Source: an uncultured Rickettsiales bacterium
GTDB lineage: Bacteria > Pseudomonadota > Alphaproteobacteria > Rickettsiales > SXRF01
Assembly: GCA_964518725.1 (NCBI GenBank)
Contig: CAZFKP010000007.1
Span: 8,397-72,396, forward strand
Direction of reading: 5' to 3'
Length of the DNA stretch: 64,000 nt
Shown: piece after piece, positions 9,928 to 19,094 of the stretch
Layout of the letters: each line of letters begins with the position of its first letter
How positions within the stretch are numbered: the first letter of the stretch is position 1
Program-made: the position numbers and the translations under genes
The notes under the pieces: generated by a model
Databases searched by the model: none
Seen by the model: only the letters and a program-made list of their open reading frames with translations
What the model was told of the DNA's origin: nothing

Positions 9928-11056
9928 TCCAGCCGGTTTCTCCATAAATGGATAATGAGAATGCCGCGTCACCAAGATGATCGAGGAAGCGCGACAGGCT
10001 CTGGATGATCCGCACGATTTCTGCTTCCGGCAATGCACCGTACAGAACATGCGCCGACGCCAGCGCGAGGCGGATCGTTGCCAATCGGACGCCGATGAAT
10101 GTGATGCGCTCGACCGCGTCCGCGCCCAATCCGGCAAACGGAAAGAGATTGAGCGACAGTTGCATGGCAAGCACCCGCCGCAACGCGTGGGTATAGTAAT
10201 CACCGGATTCCTGCCACGCCGCACGCAGAGCAGCTAGCGCCCCGGCGCTATCCGGTGAAAGCCGGATGTGCACCTGTTCCCAATCGAGCGTCGCGGCGAG
10301 CGCTTTCTCCATCTCGCCGATGGTCTGGCGCAGGCGAGCGGAAATGGGTTTGTGCGACGACACAATCAGGCCGCATAGCGCGTGCAGCAGGTTGAATGCA
10401 TCTGCCGGTTTTGTCTCTGGCACTGGCACGCGCCCATCGGCCAACCGCAAATAAAGCGGCACCGACTGGTGCCAGCTTGCCGTATCGAGCATGGACATGG
10501 AGCGGGCGACGCTGGAAATACGCGCCAATGCTTTCTCCGGCGTGATGGAGCTATCGAGCGCACACTCCATAAATGCCTGATGCACCTGCATGGCAGAGCC
10601 GCTTTCTATTCCCGCAGGAAGGTAGTTTCTAAGCTGCGACGGCAAACGTTCAATCGCCGCATCTTCCAGCGCAAACGGCGTCGGCAATGCCAGCACCAGG
10701 CGCACGATCTCCGGGCAGGAGGGTGTCCCAGTCATGATTTTCTGGTTTCCAAGTTCACGAGTGACACGCGGGTAAAAATGACAGGCGTCCCCCAGCATTG
10801 CGTCGCCATATTTCTTATGGATGCCGCACAGGCCGTTTTCCATTTTAACGCAATGGCGCGTGGACGAGTCGCGCTGCATCACCGGAATGCCATCGCTTTC
10901 CATATCCACCGCTGCCAGCAACTCCGGCGCATCGGCGCGGTATTTTGCAAGCGTCGCCGCATCCACCTGCATCGACCAGTTCTGGCAGCACGTGTCCTCG
11001 CATGAATCGCCGAGGCACTGGAAATTTTTCATTAGCTGGTTGTGAGTGATCTGCAT
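9893..11056 (-). CDS. fliB: FliB-type flagellin lysine-N-methylase-like protein
   Basis: The N-terminal Cys cluster FQCLGDSCEDTCCQNW, followed by C..MENGLCGIHKKYG...C.FYPR...PSCPE, matches the cysteine pattern of Salmonella FliB. The chosen ATG (11056-11054) overlaps the upstream gene's TGA (ATGA), which implies translational coupling. The ORF track extends to 11131. Confidence 0.75.
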   Translation of the reverse strand: MQITHNQLMKNFQCLGDSCEDTCCQNWSMQVDAATLAKYRADAPELLAAVDMESDGIPVMQRDSSTRHCVKMENGLCGIHKKYGDAMLGDACHFYPRVTRELGNQKIMTGTPSCPEIVRLVLALPTPFALEDAAIERLPSQLRNYLPAGIESGSAMQVHQAFMECALDSSITPEKALARISSVARSMSMLDTASWHQSVPLYLRLADGRVPVPETKPADAFNLLHALCGLIVSSHKPISARLRQTIGEMEKALAATLDWEQVHIRLSPDSAGALAALRAAWQESGDYYTHALRRVLAMQLSLNLFPFAGLGADAVERITFIGVRLATIRLALASAHVLYGALPEAEIVRIIQSLSRFLDHLGDAAFSLSIYGETGWTKEARLLGLFA

Positions 11057-12684
11057 CAATGCACCGTCATTTTCTTGAAGAAGAATACATGCCGTACCAC
11101 CTGCTCTTCTTCCGCCGGATCGGATACCCATTCCTTATGCAGGATAAGCTGGAGCCCTTCAGCCTGCGACACGTCCATCACATAGGAATAGTGATGGCTG
11201 TAGCGGCCATGGTTGGCTACCGAATAGGCAAGGGTCGACGTTTCCTTGTCCAGCATGCAGGCAACGATCGTATCCTGATGCATGACACCGCGCACTGCCT
11301 GGAAGAATGGCTGGAGATTACCAATCCATCGCAAGGCGCCGGTAGCGACGATCAGGTCGAAGGTGGCCTCACTGCCCATCACGTAATCAATAATATCGAG
11401 ATCATAAAGCACATCGTAACGCTTGCTGCGGCGGGCGATTTTCAACATGCCGGGCGTAATATCTACCCCAGCGGAAATCGCAACCATATCTCCCAGATGC
11501 TGCGCGATTACCCCCGTGCCGCAGCCGAGATCAAGCAGGCTCAAATAGCGTTTTCCCTCAAGCTGCGGCAAGCGCCGGAGTTCTTTGGTCAGATACTGCA
11601 CGTGGGGAGCATCGCTTGCGACCACCACCCACGGCTCGAACATATCAATGAACGCACTATAGAATGCGACGATGAATTCACGGGATGCAAATGGTGGCAC
11701 ATCGCCCCCAAACAATGCACGAAGATGCCTCAGCGGAAGCTCGTTCGGGATGCTAGCGATGATCTCACTGAGACGCACAATTCCTTCCCTACCCCGCCCG
11801 GTTTCCTGCATCATCTCCAAAAGACTATACCACGCCAGCACGTGGTCTGGGGCGAGCGCCAGCACGTGGGTGAAGGCTTTCTCACTGGCCTGCACATCGC
11901 CGGATTTCATAAAAATGCCGCCAAGAATCAGCAGGCTCGGCAGATGGGTGGGGTCAGCTTGGAGCGCCTGCAACAAATGGTCGATTCCGCCGCGCTCTTC
12001 ACCTGCTTCCGCCAGCAAAAGCGCCAGGTAGAAATGTGCCTGCACGTGGTTGCGGTTGCACGCAATCGCCTTTCTCAGCAACGCTTCCGAGCGCACGAAT
12101 TCTGCGTTCAGCACGGCAAGCAGCGCCATCACATAGTGTGCCTGGGCATCGTCAGGATGATCCGCAATATATTCCGACAAGAGCCTTTCCGCCGCATCAT
12201 GATTACCAGCCTGTATGTCACATTCAGCCTCATCAACACGGGTATCGACCGCCCCGTCATCACGCACACGCTCATACCATATCCTTGCTTCATCGAATTT
12301 TTCCTGGGCAGCAAAACAATTCGCCATCCACCGGCATGCCTCGGCATCTCGTGGGGAAATCGCCACTGCGCGCTCGAACGCCGCCTGCGCCGCATCATAC
12401 TCCTTGAGCAGATGCAGCATTTGCCCCTGTTGTAAGTGATAGTGCACCACCTGCGCGTCCAACTGCGCGGCAATGGAAGAATAGTCGCGTGCCTTGCGGT
12501 AATTACCGGTTGCCTTAAATATGGACGCAGTAAGGTGGTACCCGCGCGCGGATTGCGGATACTGAATCAGGAGCGATTTGCACAGGTCGGCCGCCTTGTG
12601 CAGGTTTCCCTGCTCAAGTGCCGACTGGGCTTCCTCACAGAGCTGCTGTTCTTCCTGAGGGGACACCATAAAAATCTCTGTCAT
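11056..12684 (-). CDS. TPR-repeat protein fused to a class I SAM-dependent methyltransferase domain
   Basis: The N-terminal ~300 aa contains repeated 34-aa TPR-like units (A..Y...A......G....A...). The C-terminal ~220 aa carries SAM-binding motif I, LLDLGCGTGVIAQHL, followed by GVD acidic-loop and post-I/II motifs. The ATG at 12684 is preferred over the TTG at 12702. Confidence 0.8.
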   Translation of the reverse strand: MTEIFMVSPQEEQQLCEEAQSALEQGNLHKAADLCKSLLIQYPQSARGYHLTASIFKATGNYRKARDYSSIAAQLDAQVVHYHLQQGQMLHLLKEYDAAQAAFERAVAISPRDAEACRWMANCFAAQEKFDEARIWYERVRDDGAVDTRVDEAECDIQAGNHDAAERLLSEYIADHPDDAQAHYVMALLAVLNAEFVRSEALLRKAIACNRNHVQAHFYLALLLAEAGEERGGIDHLLQALQADPTHLPSLLILGGIFMKSGDVQASEKAFTHVLALAPDHVLAWYSLLEMMQETGRGREGIVRLSEIIASIPNELPLRHLRALFGGDVPPFASREFIVAFYSAFIDMFEPWVVVASDAPHVQYLTKELRRLPQLEGKRYLSLLDLGCGTGVIAQHLGDMVAISAGVDITPGMLKIARRSKRYDVLYDLDIIDYVMGSEATFDLIVATGALRWIGNLQPFFQAVRGVMHQDTIVACMLDKETSTLAYSVANHGRYSHHYSYVMDVSQAEGLQLILHKEWVSDPAEEEQVVRHVFFFKKMTVH

Positions 12685-12716
12685 GACATCACACCAGCAC
12701 AAAGGCCGGCAGATGA

Positions 12717-13247
12717 TTAACCGAACATGTGCTGCACTTTATAGGTGTCATTCTGGAAAACATGCTGCACACCGATCTTACGCTCGGCATCGATGAAAAT
12801 CGGCGCACGGGCATTAACCGAAAGCTTCACCTGGTCGGGGCTGCGATGTACCGAAACAATCAACAGCACGGCAAGGTTTTCTTCCTTGATCTGCATGTCG
12901 GCTGCCGTCGCACGGATATCGCTTGCAGCAATGATACTGTTTTCGATTTCCAGCGGCAGAGTGATGAATGACAGGTTATGGTCGTCCAGCGACTGCAGCA
13001 ATTTAAACTGCGCCATTTTGGGGCTGGGGAATGATGAAATAGCGTAACGTGGCTTGTCTGGCATGCCCAGCAACCCGCGTGGAAACAAGACAGCTTTAGT
13101 CGTATCCACAATAACCTCCCCGAAACGCGTTTTAATCGAAATCATGGCCGTGGCGTCCGGTGATCCGGTGCCGGAAGCGAAAGCTGGTTGTCCAAGCATG
13201 GTGAGCGCCGCATTCCCATCGAATCGTGTCGTTGCAATAATATTCAT
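12717..13247 (-). CDS. fliW: Flagellar assembly factor FliW
   Basis: 176 aa. Motifs seen: IKTRFGEVIVD, FPRGLLGMPD, FKLLQSLDDHNLSFITLPL and SVNARAPIFIDAERKIGVQHV, all fitting the FliW family pattern. AAGGAA lies 7 nt upstream of the ATG. The gene starts 17 nt after the flgL stop. Confidence 0.8.
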   Translation of the reverse strand: MNIIATTRFDGNAALTMLGQPAFASGTGSPDATAMISIKTRFGEVIVDTTKAVLFPRGLLGMPDKPRYAISSFPSPKMAQFKLLQSLDDHNLSFITLPLEIENSIIAASDIRATAADMQIKEENLAVLLIVSVHRSPDQVKLSVNARAPIFIDAERKIGVQHVFQNDTYKVQHMFG

Positions 13248-13264
13248 AGTACAGTTCCTTTACT

Positions 13265-14179
13265 TTAACGTAAGAAGTCAGAGAGTTTCAAGCTAGAAAT
13301 GCGGGCAAATACCTGAAAAGAGGCCTGCAGTATGCCCTGGTTTACTGCTACCTCCGTCGATGCAGCAACGATATCGGTGTTGCTGATTTCTTCTTTTAGT
13401 CCCTTCCAGTAAAGGCTTTGCGATTGGAGCCTGTCGGAGTTCTCCGAGACGGTTACCTTGTTGGAATTCACAATAGCGCGCAGCCCGATAATGCCATCCA
13501 CACCTTCGGCAATGAGATCGTAGGCCTGTTGTAGCTGCTCACTTTCGCCCGACTGCGAACCGAATTTCCTCGCCGTCGCCAGTCCGGCAAAAATCTTCTG
13601 GAATGCCGGATCGTCGGCGCGTGTGTTATAAATAATGGTTACGTTATCTTCGATGCGAATCGAAATATCATCGGAGCTACCGTAGTAATAGCCGGAATCG
13701 GGCACCCCATCGACTTGGAGTTCAGGGAAATTGGTAGCACTGACTGGCGGCGTATCGGTTGCGGTACCGCTGAACAGGTAACGCCCTTCGCTGGTGATAT
13801 TGACCTGGGATACCAGCGCCTGCCACTTACCTTCAAGCTGGGATTGAAAGGCCAGAGAATCGCCGACCGCGCTGTTGCGGCGAAGCGCAATCAGGTTCTT
13901 GATATCGGTGGCAGTTTCAATGATCGAATTAAGCGCGTTATCGGCAACATTCAGCCGCCCCTCCAGAATCTTGCTGCCGTCAATAAACGACTGGCTACGG
14001 CTGAGGCGCGCTTCCAGATCGGCGAACTGCTCGACATTGCCACCGAGACCCGAGAAGCTGTTGCTTTTGATACCACTGGAAATCTGTCCTTGCAAATCGG
14101 CAAGCGTAAGCTGCGAGCGCGTAGCGTCGCGGAGCAATGTCTGCTGAAGGTTATACGTGCTTAATCTTCCTACGGTCAT
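13265..14179 (-). CDS. flgL: Flagellar hook-associated protein 3, FlgL
   Basis: 304 aa. It has flagellin-like N and C termini (RLSTYNLQQTLLRDATRSQ...; ...QGILQASFQVFARISSLKLSDFL). It starts 2 nt after the flgK stop. Confidence 0.85.
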   Translation of the reverse strand: MTVGRLSTYNLQQTLLRDATRSQLTLADLQGQISSGIKSNSFSGLGGNVEQFADLEARLSRSQSFIDGSKILEGRLNVADNALNSIIETATDIKNLIALRRNSAVGDSLAFQSQLEGKWQALVSQVNITSEGRYLFSGTATDTPPVSATNFPELQVDGVPDSGYYYGSSDDISIRIEDNVTIIYNTRADDPAFQKIFAGLATARKFGSQSGESEQLQQAYDLIAEGVDGIIGLRAIVNSNKVTVSENSDRLQSQSLYWKGLKEEISNTDIVAASTEVAVNQGILQASFQVFARISSLKLSDFLR

Positions 14180-14181
14180 AA

Positions 14182-16902
14182 TTACCTCACTGCATCAATC
14201 AATGCTTCAAAAAATTGGTTCGCTACCGTAATGATCCTTGCCGAAGCGCTGTAGGCATTTTGATAGATAATTGTATTTGCAAGTTCTTCGTCCAGATTGA
14301 CACCGCGCACACCATCGGAACGCTCCTTGAATCCATCGAGCAGCAATTTGGCGTTATCGCTCTCGCCCTGATTGGAGGTAGCCTTGCTGGAAGTGGTACT
14401 GATAATCTGGCCGGCATAGGCTGAAATCGTCTGGTTGGTTGCTCCCAAATCTCCAGCGGCAGGAAACCCGACAATATCCGTATTGAACGCGGCAAGTGCT
14501 GCGATTACGCTGTTATCACCAATATTTCGTTCGTAGGTATAAAGTGGCGGTAGCGTGCTATCCGCAGGGCGCGCCGTCTGTGAAAGCCTGCCTAATGAAA
14601 TCAAATTCACGTTCGCGGCGATAGCATCCGAAATCGACAAGCGAGCCGCACTGCCAACCGTATCGTCAACGACACCATCGCTCCGATTACTCTTGAAGAA
14701 GTTATTCAGTTCAAAATAATGTGAGAACCCACGGCCGGTTGCGTCTATTTCTGGGCTGGCATTCGGTTGTCCGCCCTCGACACTATCAAGGCTGTCGATC
14801 GCAATCGAGTAGGTGGAATTGCCTGCCACCAGCTTGAGATAGCCCTTCTGGGTAGTCGTGTATTGGTTATTAATGATCGGCAGCTCGTTGCCATTCGCAT
14901 CCACCAGCATCGCGGTGATGGCAGGCCTGCTGGTGTTGGGCACTACGACGGTACCGTCATCGGTAGCGGAGCGCGCCGCATACCGGTAGTTCTTCACGTT
15001 AGTGGCAAGATTATCGATGCGGTAGGTGACGACGCTGCTGGTAATGGTGCCGTTCGCATCGACCGACGCAACGGTGGCCTTCACCGTGTAATATTGCGAT
15101 GTCGTATTGCTGGCGATATTCGCCGTGATGGTGCCAGCATCTTTGGTGCGGGCATTCGTTCCGGCTTCGGAAGTGTAATAGGATGACTGCGCCTGTATCC
15201 CGGAAATATCGTGAGATGCACCACTTTCTGCGGGATTGGCCACCGTAATGTTAAAGCCTGTGGTAGTAACTCCACTGATGATAAAATACCCGCCAAGGTC
15301 ATCTGCCGGAATGCCGTCGATATCGAGCGATGGCGGCGTCAGGTAAACACGGTCACCGTCGCTGAACCCGTGGGCGGCGGCAGTTTTGACAGTGACGACA
15401 TCACTGCCTGCTGTTGTAACATATGTACCCGTAGAGGCCAAATTGACCTTCGGCACGTCTTGTGTGAGGTCGGTGATATCGGTGTTGCTATCGTCCAGCA
15501 CCTGGATGTTCGTGACAAAGAGGTCGGAATTCTCGCCTGAAAGATTATCGAGCTGGAAATCGAAGTCAAGCTGCGGCGTCGTGCCTGGAATACTGGTGTT
15601 ATTCAGCACCAGCCCGATATCATTTAGTTTGCCGAGCGTGACTTTGTTCTGCGGCACGCCATAGTACTGGTTAATCTGGCTGATAATGCCCTGCACGGAT
15701 GGATAGCCCTCGGTGTTGCCAGTATCGAGCTTGGAAAGATCAAGCAACAGCGGCCGCAATCCGGAAGTCTCATCCGAATAATTGGACGGGATAGGTTTAC
15801 CGGCCTGATCCAGAACGGCGATCCGAACCTGGCCAGCCCACTGGCTGTAATCTTCGCCGCTCAAGAGCCTCGTGCCTGTGTAACTGTTCGCTCCCGGAAA
15901 CGCCACGCCATCATTATGCACCGCGTTGATTTCATCGCGCACCGTCGCCGCCAGCGCATCCAGTTTTTCGAGCACATCCGGCAGTTGCTTATCGCGCAGC
16001 TCAAGGTATCCCTTCAGCTTGCCGCCGGTGATTGCCGTAGCGACACTGGCTCCGATGCCGGACGACACAAGAATCGACGGCGATCCGGTGCGCGCGCCAC
16101 TTTCGTTCAGCCGATAAATATTGATTGGGCTAGTAGCATTGCCATTGGCAAAAAACTCCGGGGAGGATGCCGGATTGTAACTCAGCTCATACACATTTTC
16201 ATCGACCAAGCTGAATCCACCGGCTGTGAATACGTTAAGCACGCCATTGCTCTGGGTGTACGTCTGGATGTCGATGACATCCGATATCTGGGAAAGCAAT
16301 GTGTCGCGACGATCCTCGAGTTCACTGACCGAGCGCCCAAGCAACTTGTTGCTGGAGATGGTCGCATTCAATGAATAGATATCTTTCAAGTTGGTGTTGA
16401 CCGTGTCGATCGAACGCTTGATGTCCTGATCGATGGCATACTGCATGTCGTAAATGCCGCTGGCCAGTGAACGTGTTTCGCGAGCCATACTCTGAGCAAC
16501 ACCAATCGCCGTGGTGCGAAGCGACGCATTTTCTGGGGTCTGCGATAGCCCTTGCAGCGCATTGAAAAAACTCTGCGTATAGGAATAAATACTGTTCTGG
16601 CTGCCGGGACGCCCGAGTAACGTCTGTAGACGATCGGTATAATCGGCGACCGCCTCGCTGCGGCCATACACCGAACCCTGATTACGCACCGAGCGAATCA
16701 GGTAATCGTCCACCCGGCGACTGATGTCGCGGATCTGAACACCCGCACCGGTGCCCTGAAGGTACACCGCATCCTGCGTCAGCACCTTGCGGCTGTATTC
16801 GGGGTTGTTGGCGTTGGCAATATTCTGCGACAAAACCGACAACGAACGCTGGTTGACGTTCAGGCTGGACAGCGCGGTATTGAGTGCGAGACTAAGGCTC
16901 AT
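14182..16902 (-). CDS. flgK: Flagellar hook-associated protein 1, FlgK, with a large central insertion
   Basis: 906 aa. The N-terminus is MSLSLALNTALSSLNVNQRSLSVLSQNIANANNPEYSRK. The C-terminus is EELANTIIYQNAYSASARIITVANQFFEALIDAV. Confidence 0.92.
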   Translation of the reverse strand: MSLSLALNTALSSLNVNQRSLSVLSQNIANANNPEYSRKVLTQDAVYLQGTGAGVQIRDISRRVDDYLIRSVRNQGSVYGRSEAVADYTDRLQTLLGRPGSQNSIYSYTQSFFNALQGLSQTPENASLRTTAIGVAQSMARETRSLASGIYDMQYAIDQDIKRSIDTVNTNLKDIYSLNATISSNKLLGRSVSELEDRRDTLLSQISDVIDIQTYTQSNGVLNVFTAGGFSLVDENVYELSYNPASSPEFFANGNATSPINIYRLNESGARTGSPSILVSSGIGASVATAITGGKLKGYLELRDKQLPDVLEKLDALAATVRDEINAVHNDGVAFPGANSYTGTRLLSGEDYSQWAGQVRIAVLDQAGKPIPSNYSDETSGLRPLLLDLSKLDTGNTEGYPSVQGIISQINQYYGVPQNKVTLGKLNDIGLVLNNTSIPGTTPQLDFDFQLDNLSGENSDLFVTNIQVLDDSNTDITDLTQDVPKVNLASTGTYVTTAGSDVVTVKTAAAHGFSDGDRVYLTPPSLDIDGIPADDLGGYFIISGVTTTGFNITVANPAESGASHDISGIQAQSSYYTSEAGTNARTKDAGTITANIASNTTSQYYTVKATVASVDANGTITSSVVTYRIDNLATNVKNYRYAARSATDDGTVVVPNTSRPAITAMLVDANGNELPIINNQYTTTQKGYLKLVAGNSTYSIAIDSLDSVEGGQPNASPEIDATGRGFSHYFELNNFFKSNRSDGVVDDTVGSAARLSISDAIAANVNLISLGRLSQTARPADSTLPPLYTYERNIGDNSVIAALAAFNTDIVGFPAAGDLGATNQTISAYAGQIISTTSSKATSNQGESDNAKLLLDGFKERSDGVRGVNLDEELANTIIYQNAYSASARIITVANQFFEALIDAVR

Positions 16903-16917
16903 GGCCAGACCTACCTG

Positions 16918-17370
16918 TTAAATCCTGCTGTCGAGTGTCACCGAAATTGTTTCGTAAGGCGCGTAGTGTGTTATCCCATCGCCACCGTAGGTTTTGCTGG
17001 TAGTGTGGTCACGAACCACTTCCTTGATCGCAGAAACGATCTTGTGGTTCACTTCCTTGGCAAGCAGCAATTTGCGATGGTTTTCTTTGAGGATATTGTT
17101 GAACACCTCAATCACCCGCTCGAGATCGTTCTTATCCTGGGACGGAATGGTTCCCATCATGTGTGGATGTTTTTCAAGGAGCTTACGCTGCGCTTCCAGA
17201 GCATTGGTGATGAATATTTTCTCGTGCTGTAATTTCTCAATCTGCTTGATTTTCATCATGCCGAGGAGATCGACTTCCTCAGCGAGGAGCTGGGCGAGCC
17301 GCGCAGTGAGCGTGATCACATCCTGAATCTTGATTTCATGCTGCACCGGTAGTTTAGACTGCTGGCTCAT
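16918..17370 (-). CDS. flgN: FlgN-like flagellar export chaperone (putative)
   Basis: About 150 aa, helical and Leu/Glu/Lys-rich (LTARLAQLLAEEVDLLGMMKIKQIEKLQHEK). It sits immediately upstream of flgK. The ATG at 17370 is preferred, whereas the ORF track extends to 17421. Confidence 0.5.
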   Translation of the reverse strand: MSQQSKLPVQHEIKIQDVITLTARLAQLLAEEVDLLGMMKIKQIEKLQHEKIFITNALEAQRKLLEKHPHMMGTIPSQDKNDLERVIEVFNNILKENHRKLLLAKEVNHKIVSAIKEVVRDHTTSKTYGGDGITHYAPYETISVTLDSRI

Positions 17371-17746
17371 ACGCGACCTCCTGGGTTTTAAGCAGCTCGC
17401 TTTGGGCGCGGCTGCGTTCAATCAGTGTTTGTTCAATATTCTTAGCAATTCCTATGCCACCGCCTTTCACAATCGCCTTGGCATATTCATCCACCATCAT
17501 GCTTTTATAGATTTCGTCGGTTTCCTGGTTGCCGAACAGGCTCTCGCCAAGCGAATCTCCGCCCATCATATGTTCCAGCATCTGGCTGATGAACAGCGAC
17601 TCAAACTCGGTGGCAACCATCTTGGCGGATGTTGCGTTCAGCGGACCTTTCGCCGCTTGCTCCAGTTTGCGCGTCGAGGCATCGAGCAAATCGTTACGCA
17701 TCAGGCTGCTGTTCAGCGCATTGGCCAGTGTTCCTGCCTGGATCAT
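17354..17746 (-). CDS. flgJ: Rod-binding protein (FlgJ N-terminal domain only; CheL-like)
   Basis: 130 aa with the rod-binding motif ATEFESLFISQMLEHM. There is no muramidase domain, as is usual in alphaproteobacteria. Confidence 0.75.
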   Translation of the reverse strand: MIQAGTLANALNSSLMRNDLLDASTRKLEQAAKGPLNATSAKMVATEFESLFISQMLEHMMGGDSLGESLFGNQETDEIYKSMMVDEYAKAIVKGGGIGIAKNIEQTLIERSRAQSELLKTQEVAYEPAV

Positions 17747-17750
17747 GGGA

Positions 17751-18965
17751 CTACCTCGTCACAATCTCTGCCTGCAGAGCGCCGGCAGCTTTAATGGTTT
17801 GCAGAATGGTAATCAGGTCACGCGGCCCAACACCCAGGGCATTCAGACCCGCCACCAGGTCTTTCAACGTGGCGCCACGCTCCATCACGGCGAGCTGTTT
17901 ACCCGGCGAGCTATCAACCATCACTTTGGTTTGCGGAACCACCACCGTCTCGGCTCCCTCCGGCGCGAATGGCGCTGGTTGCGACACTTGCGGCGCTTCC
18001 TCGATACGCACCACCAGGTTTCCTTGCGCGACCGCCACCGTATCAATTTTCACATTCTCGCCCATCACGATGGTACCGGATGCTTCGTCGATGACGATTT
18101 TCGCGATCTGGTCAGTAGCGACCGGCAGTCGCTCAAGATCGGCGAGCAGCTGGGTGACGTTATTCTGGTAAATGGCAGGAACAGTGAGCTGGATAGTGCC
18201 GGGATCGAGGACATTGGCAACCCCCGGCCCGATATTGGTATTGATGGCATTGGCAACTTCCTGCGCGGTCGTGACGTCCGGATTGCGGAGCGACATTTTC
18301 AATTCCGGCAGGTTATTGAGAGCAAATTCGATTTCTTTCTCGACCACAGCACCGCTGGCAATAAACCCGGTGGTGGGAACCCCCTTGGTCACCGTAGTCG
18401 CCTGCCCTTCCGCCCTGAAACCGCCGATGGAGAGCGTCCCCTGCGCGACAGCGTAAACTTCGCTATCCGCGCCATAGAGGGGCGTCGCAAGCAAAGTGCC
18501 TCCGCTTAAATCCTTGGCGTCACCCATGGCACTGACGGTCACGTCGATGCGGCTGCCGCTGCGCGCAAACGGGGGAAGTTTTGCGGTCACGGTGACGGCG
18601 GCAACGTTCTTGGTTTTCAGTTCCGTGCCACGGGTGTTCACGCCTTGCCGCTCGAGGAATGCGATCAGGCTTTGTTCGGTGAATGCGCTATTCTTGAGTT
18701 TATCGCCAGTACCATTCAAGCCAACGACCAGGCCATATCCCATCAGCATATTTTCGCGTACGCCTTCAAAATTGACGATGTCCTTGATGCGCGCATCCGC
18801 ACGCGCCGGCTGCATCACCAACATCAGGTAAGCAAGCAACAACAGCATAAAACCGAACGTCATGCCAAACCCCTGCAACGCCACACGCCCCACCAGATTG
18901 GCGGCAGTCACCGCCGGAGTCTGTATGGCATGGTTTGAAGCGTAGGCTGGATGCGTTGTCTGCAT
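17751..18965 (-). CDS. flgI: Flagellar P-ring protein FlgI
   Basis: The signal-like segment MTFGFMLLLLAYLMLVMQPARA is followed by RIKDIVNFEGVRENMLMGYGLVVGLNGTGD. An alternative start at 18863 would remove a 34-aa N-extension. Confidence 0.9.
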   Translation of the reverse strand: MQTTHPAYASNHAIQTPAVTAANLVGRVALQGFGMTFGFMLLLLAYLMLVMQPARADARIKDIVNFEGVRENMLMGYGLVVGLNGTGDKLKNSAFTEQSLIAFLERQGVNTRGTELKTKNVAAVTVTAKLPPFARSGSRIDVTVSAMGDAKDLSGGTLLATPLYGADSEVYAVAQGTLSIGGFRAEGQATTVTKGVPTTGFIASGAVVEKEIEFALNNLPELKMSLRNPDVTTAQEVANAINTNIGPGVANVLDPGTIQLTVPAIYQNNVTQLLADLERLPVATDQIAKIVIDEASGTIVMGENVKIDTVAVAQGNLVVRIEEAPQVSQPAPFAPEGAETVVVPQTKVMVDSSPGKQLAVMERGATLKDLVAGLNALGVGPRDLITILQTIKAAGALQAEIVTR

Positions 18966-18997
18966 AGTGGTATCCCCGTAATTTCTTTACCCTTGAT

Positions 18998-19013
18998 GCG
19001 AAAGCCGTGCCAA
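18998..19013 (-). promoter_or_regulatory. Sigma54 (-24/-12) promoter for the flgI operon
   Basis: The minus strand reads TGGCACGGCTTTCGCA. The consensus is TGGCACG-N4-TTGCA, so there is one mismatch in the -12 element. It lies about 33 nt upstream of the flgI ATG at 18965. Confidence 0.65.
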
Positions 19014-19094
19014 GTTGCAACCACCTGTTTTTACAATATTTTACTTAATTCTGCTGGTAGCGCGCAGCTATTGCACCCACAGTCGAGCGTGAAG

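Noticed and set aside
11059-12435. Long plus-strand ORF (458 aa) antisense to the TPR-methyltransferase gene. Similar antisense ORFs occur at 47765-48730, 48873-49793, 53565-54632, 56350-57231, 60805-61578, 19188-20099 and 62356-63039.
   Set aside because: Their translations are Arg/His/Gly/Pro-rich low-complexity sequence with no motifs. The opposite strand encodes clearly recognisable proteins in every case. These are typical shadow ORFs of GC-rich coding DNA.
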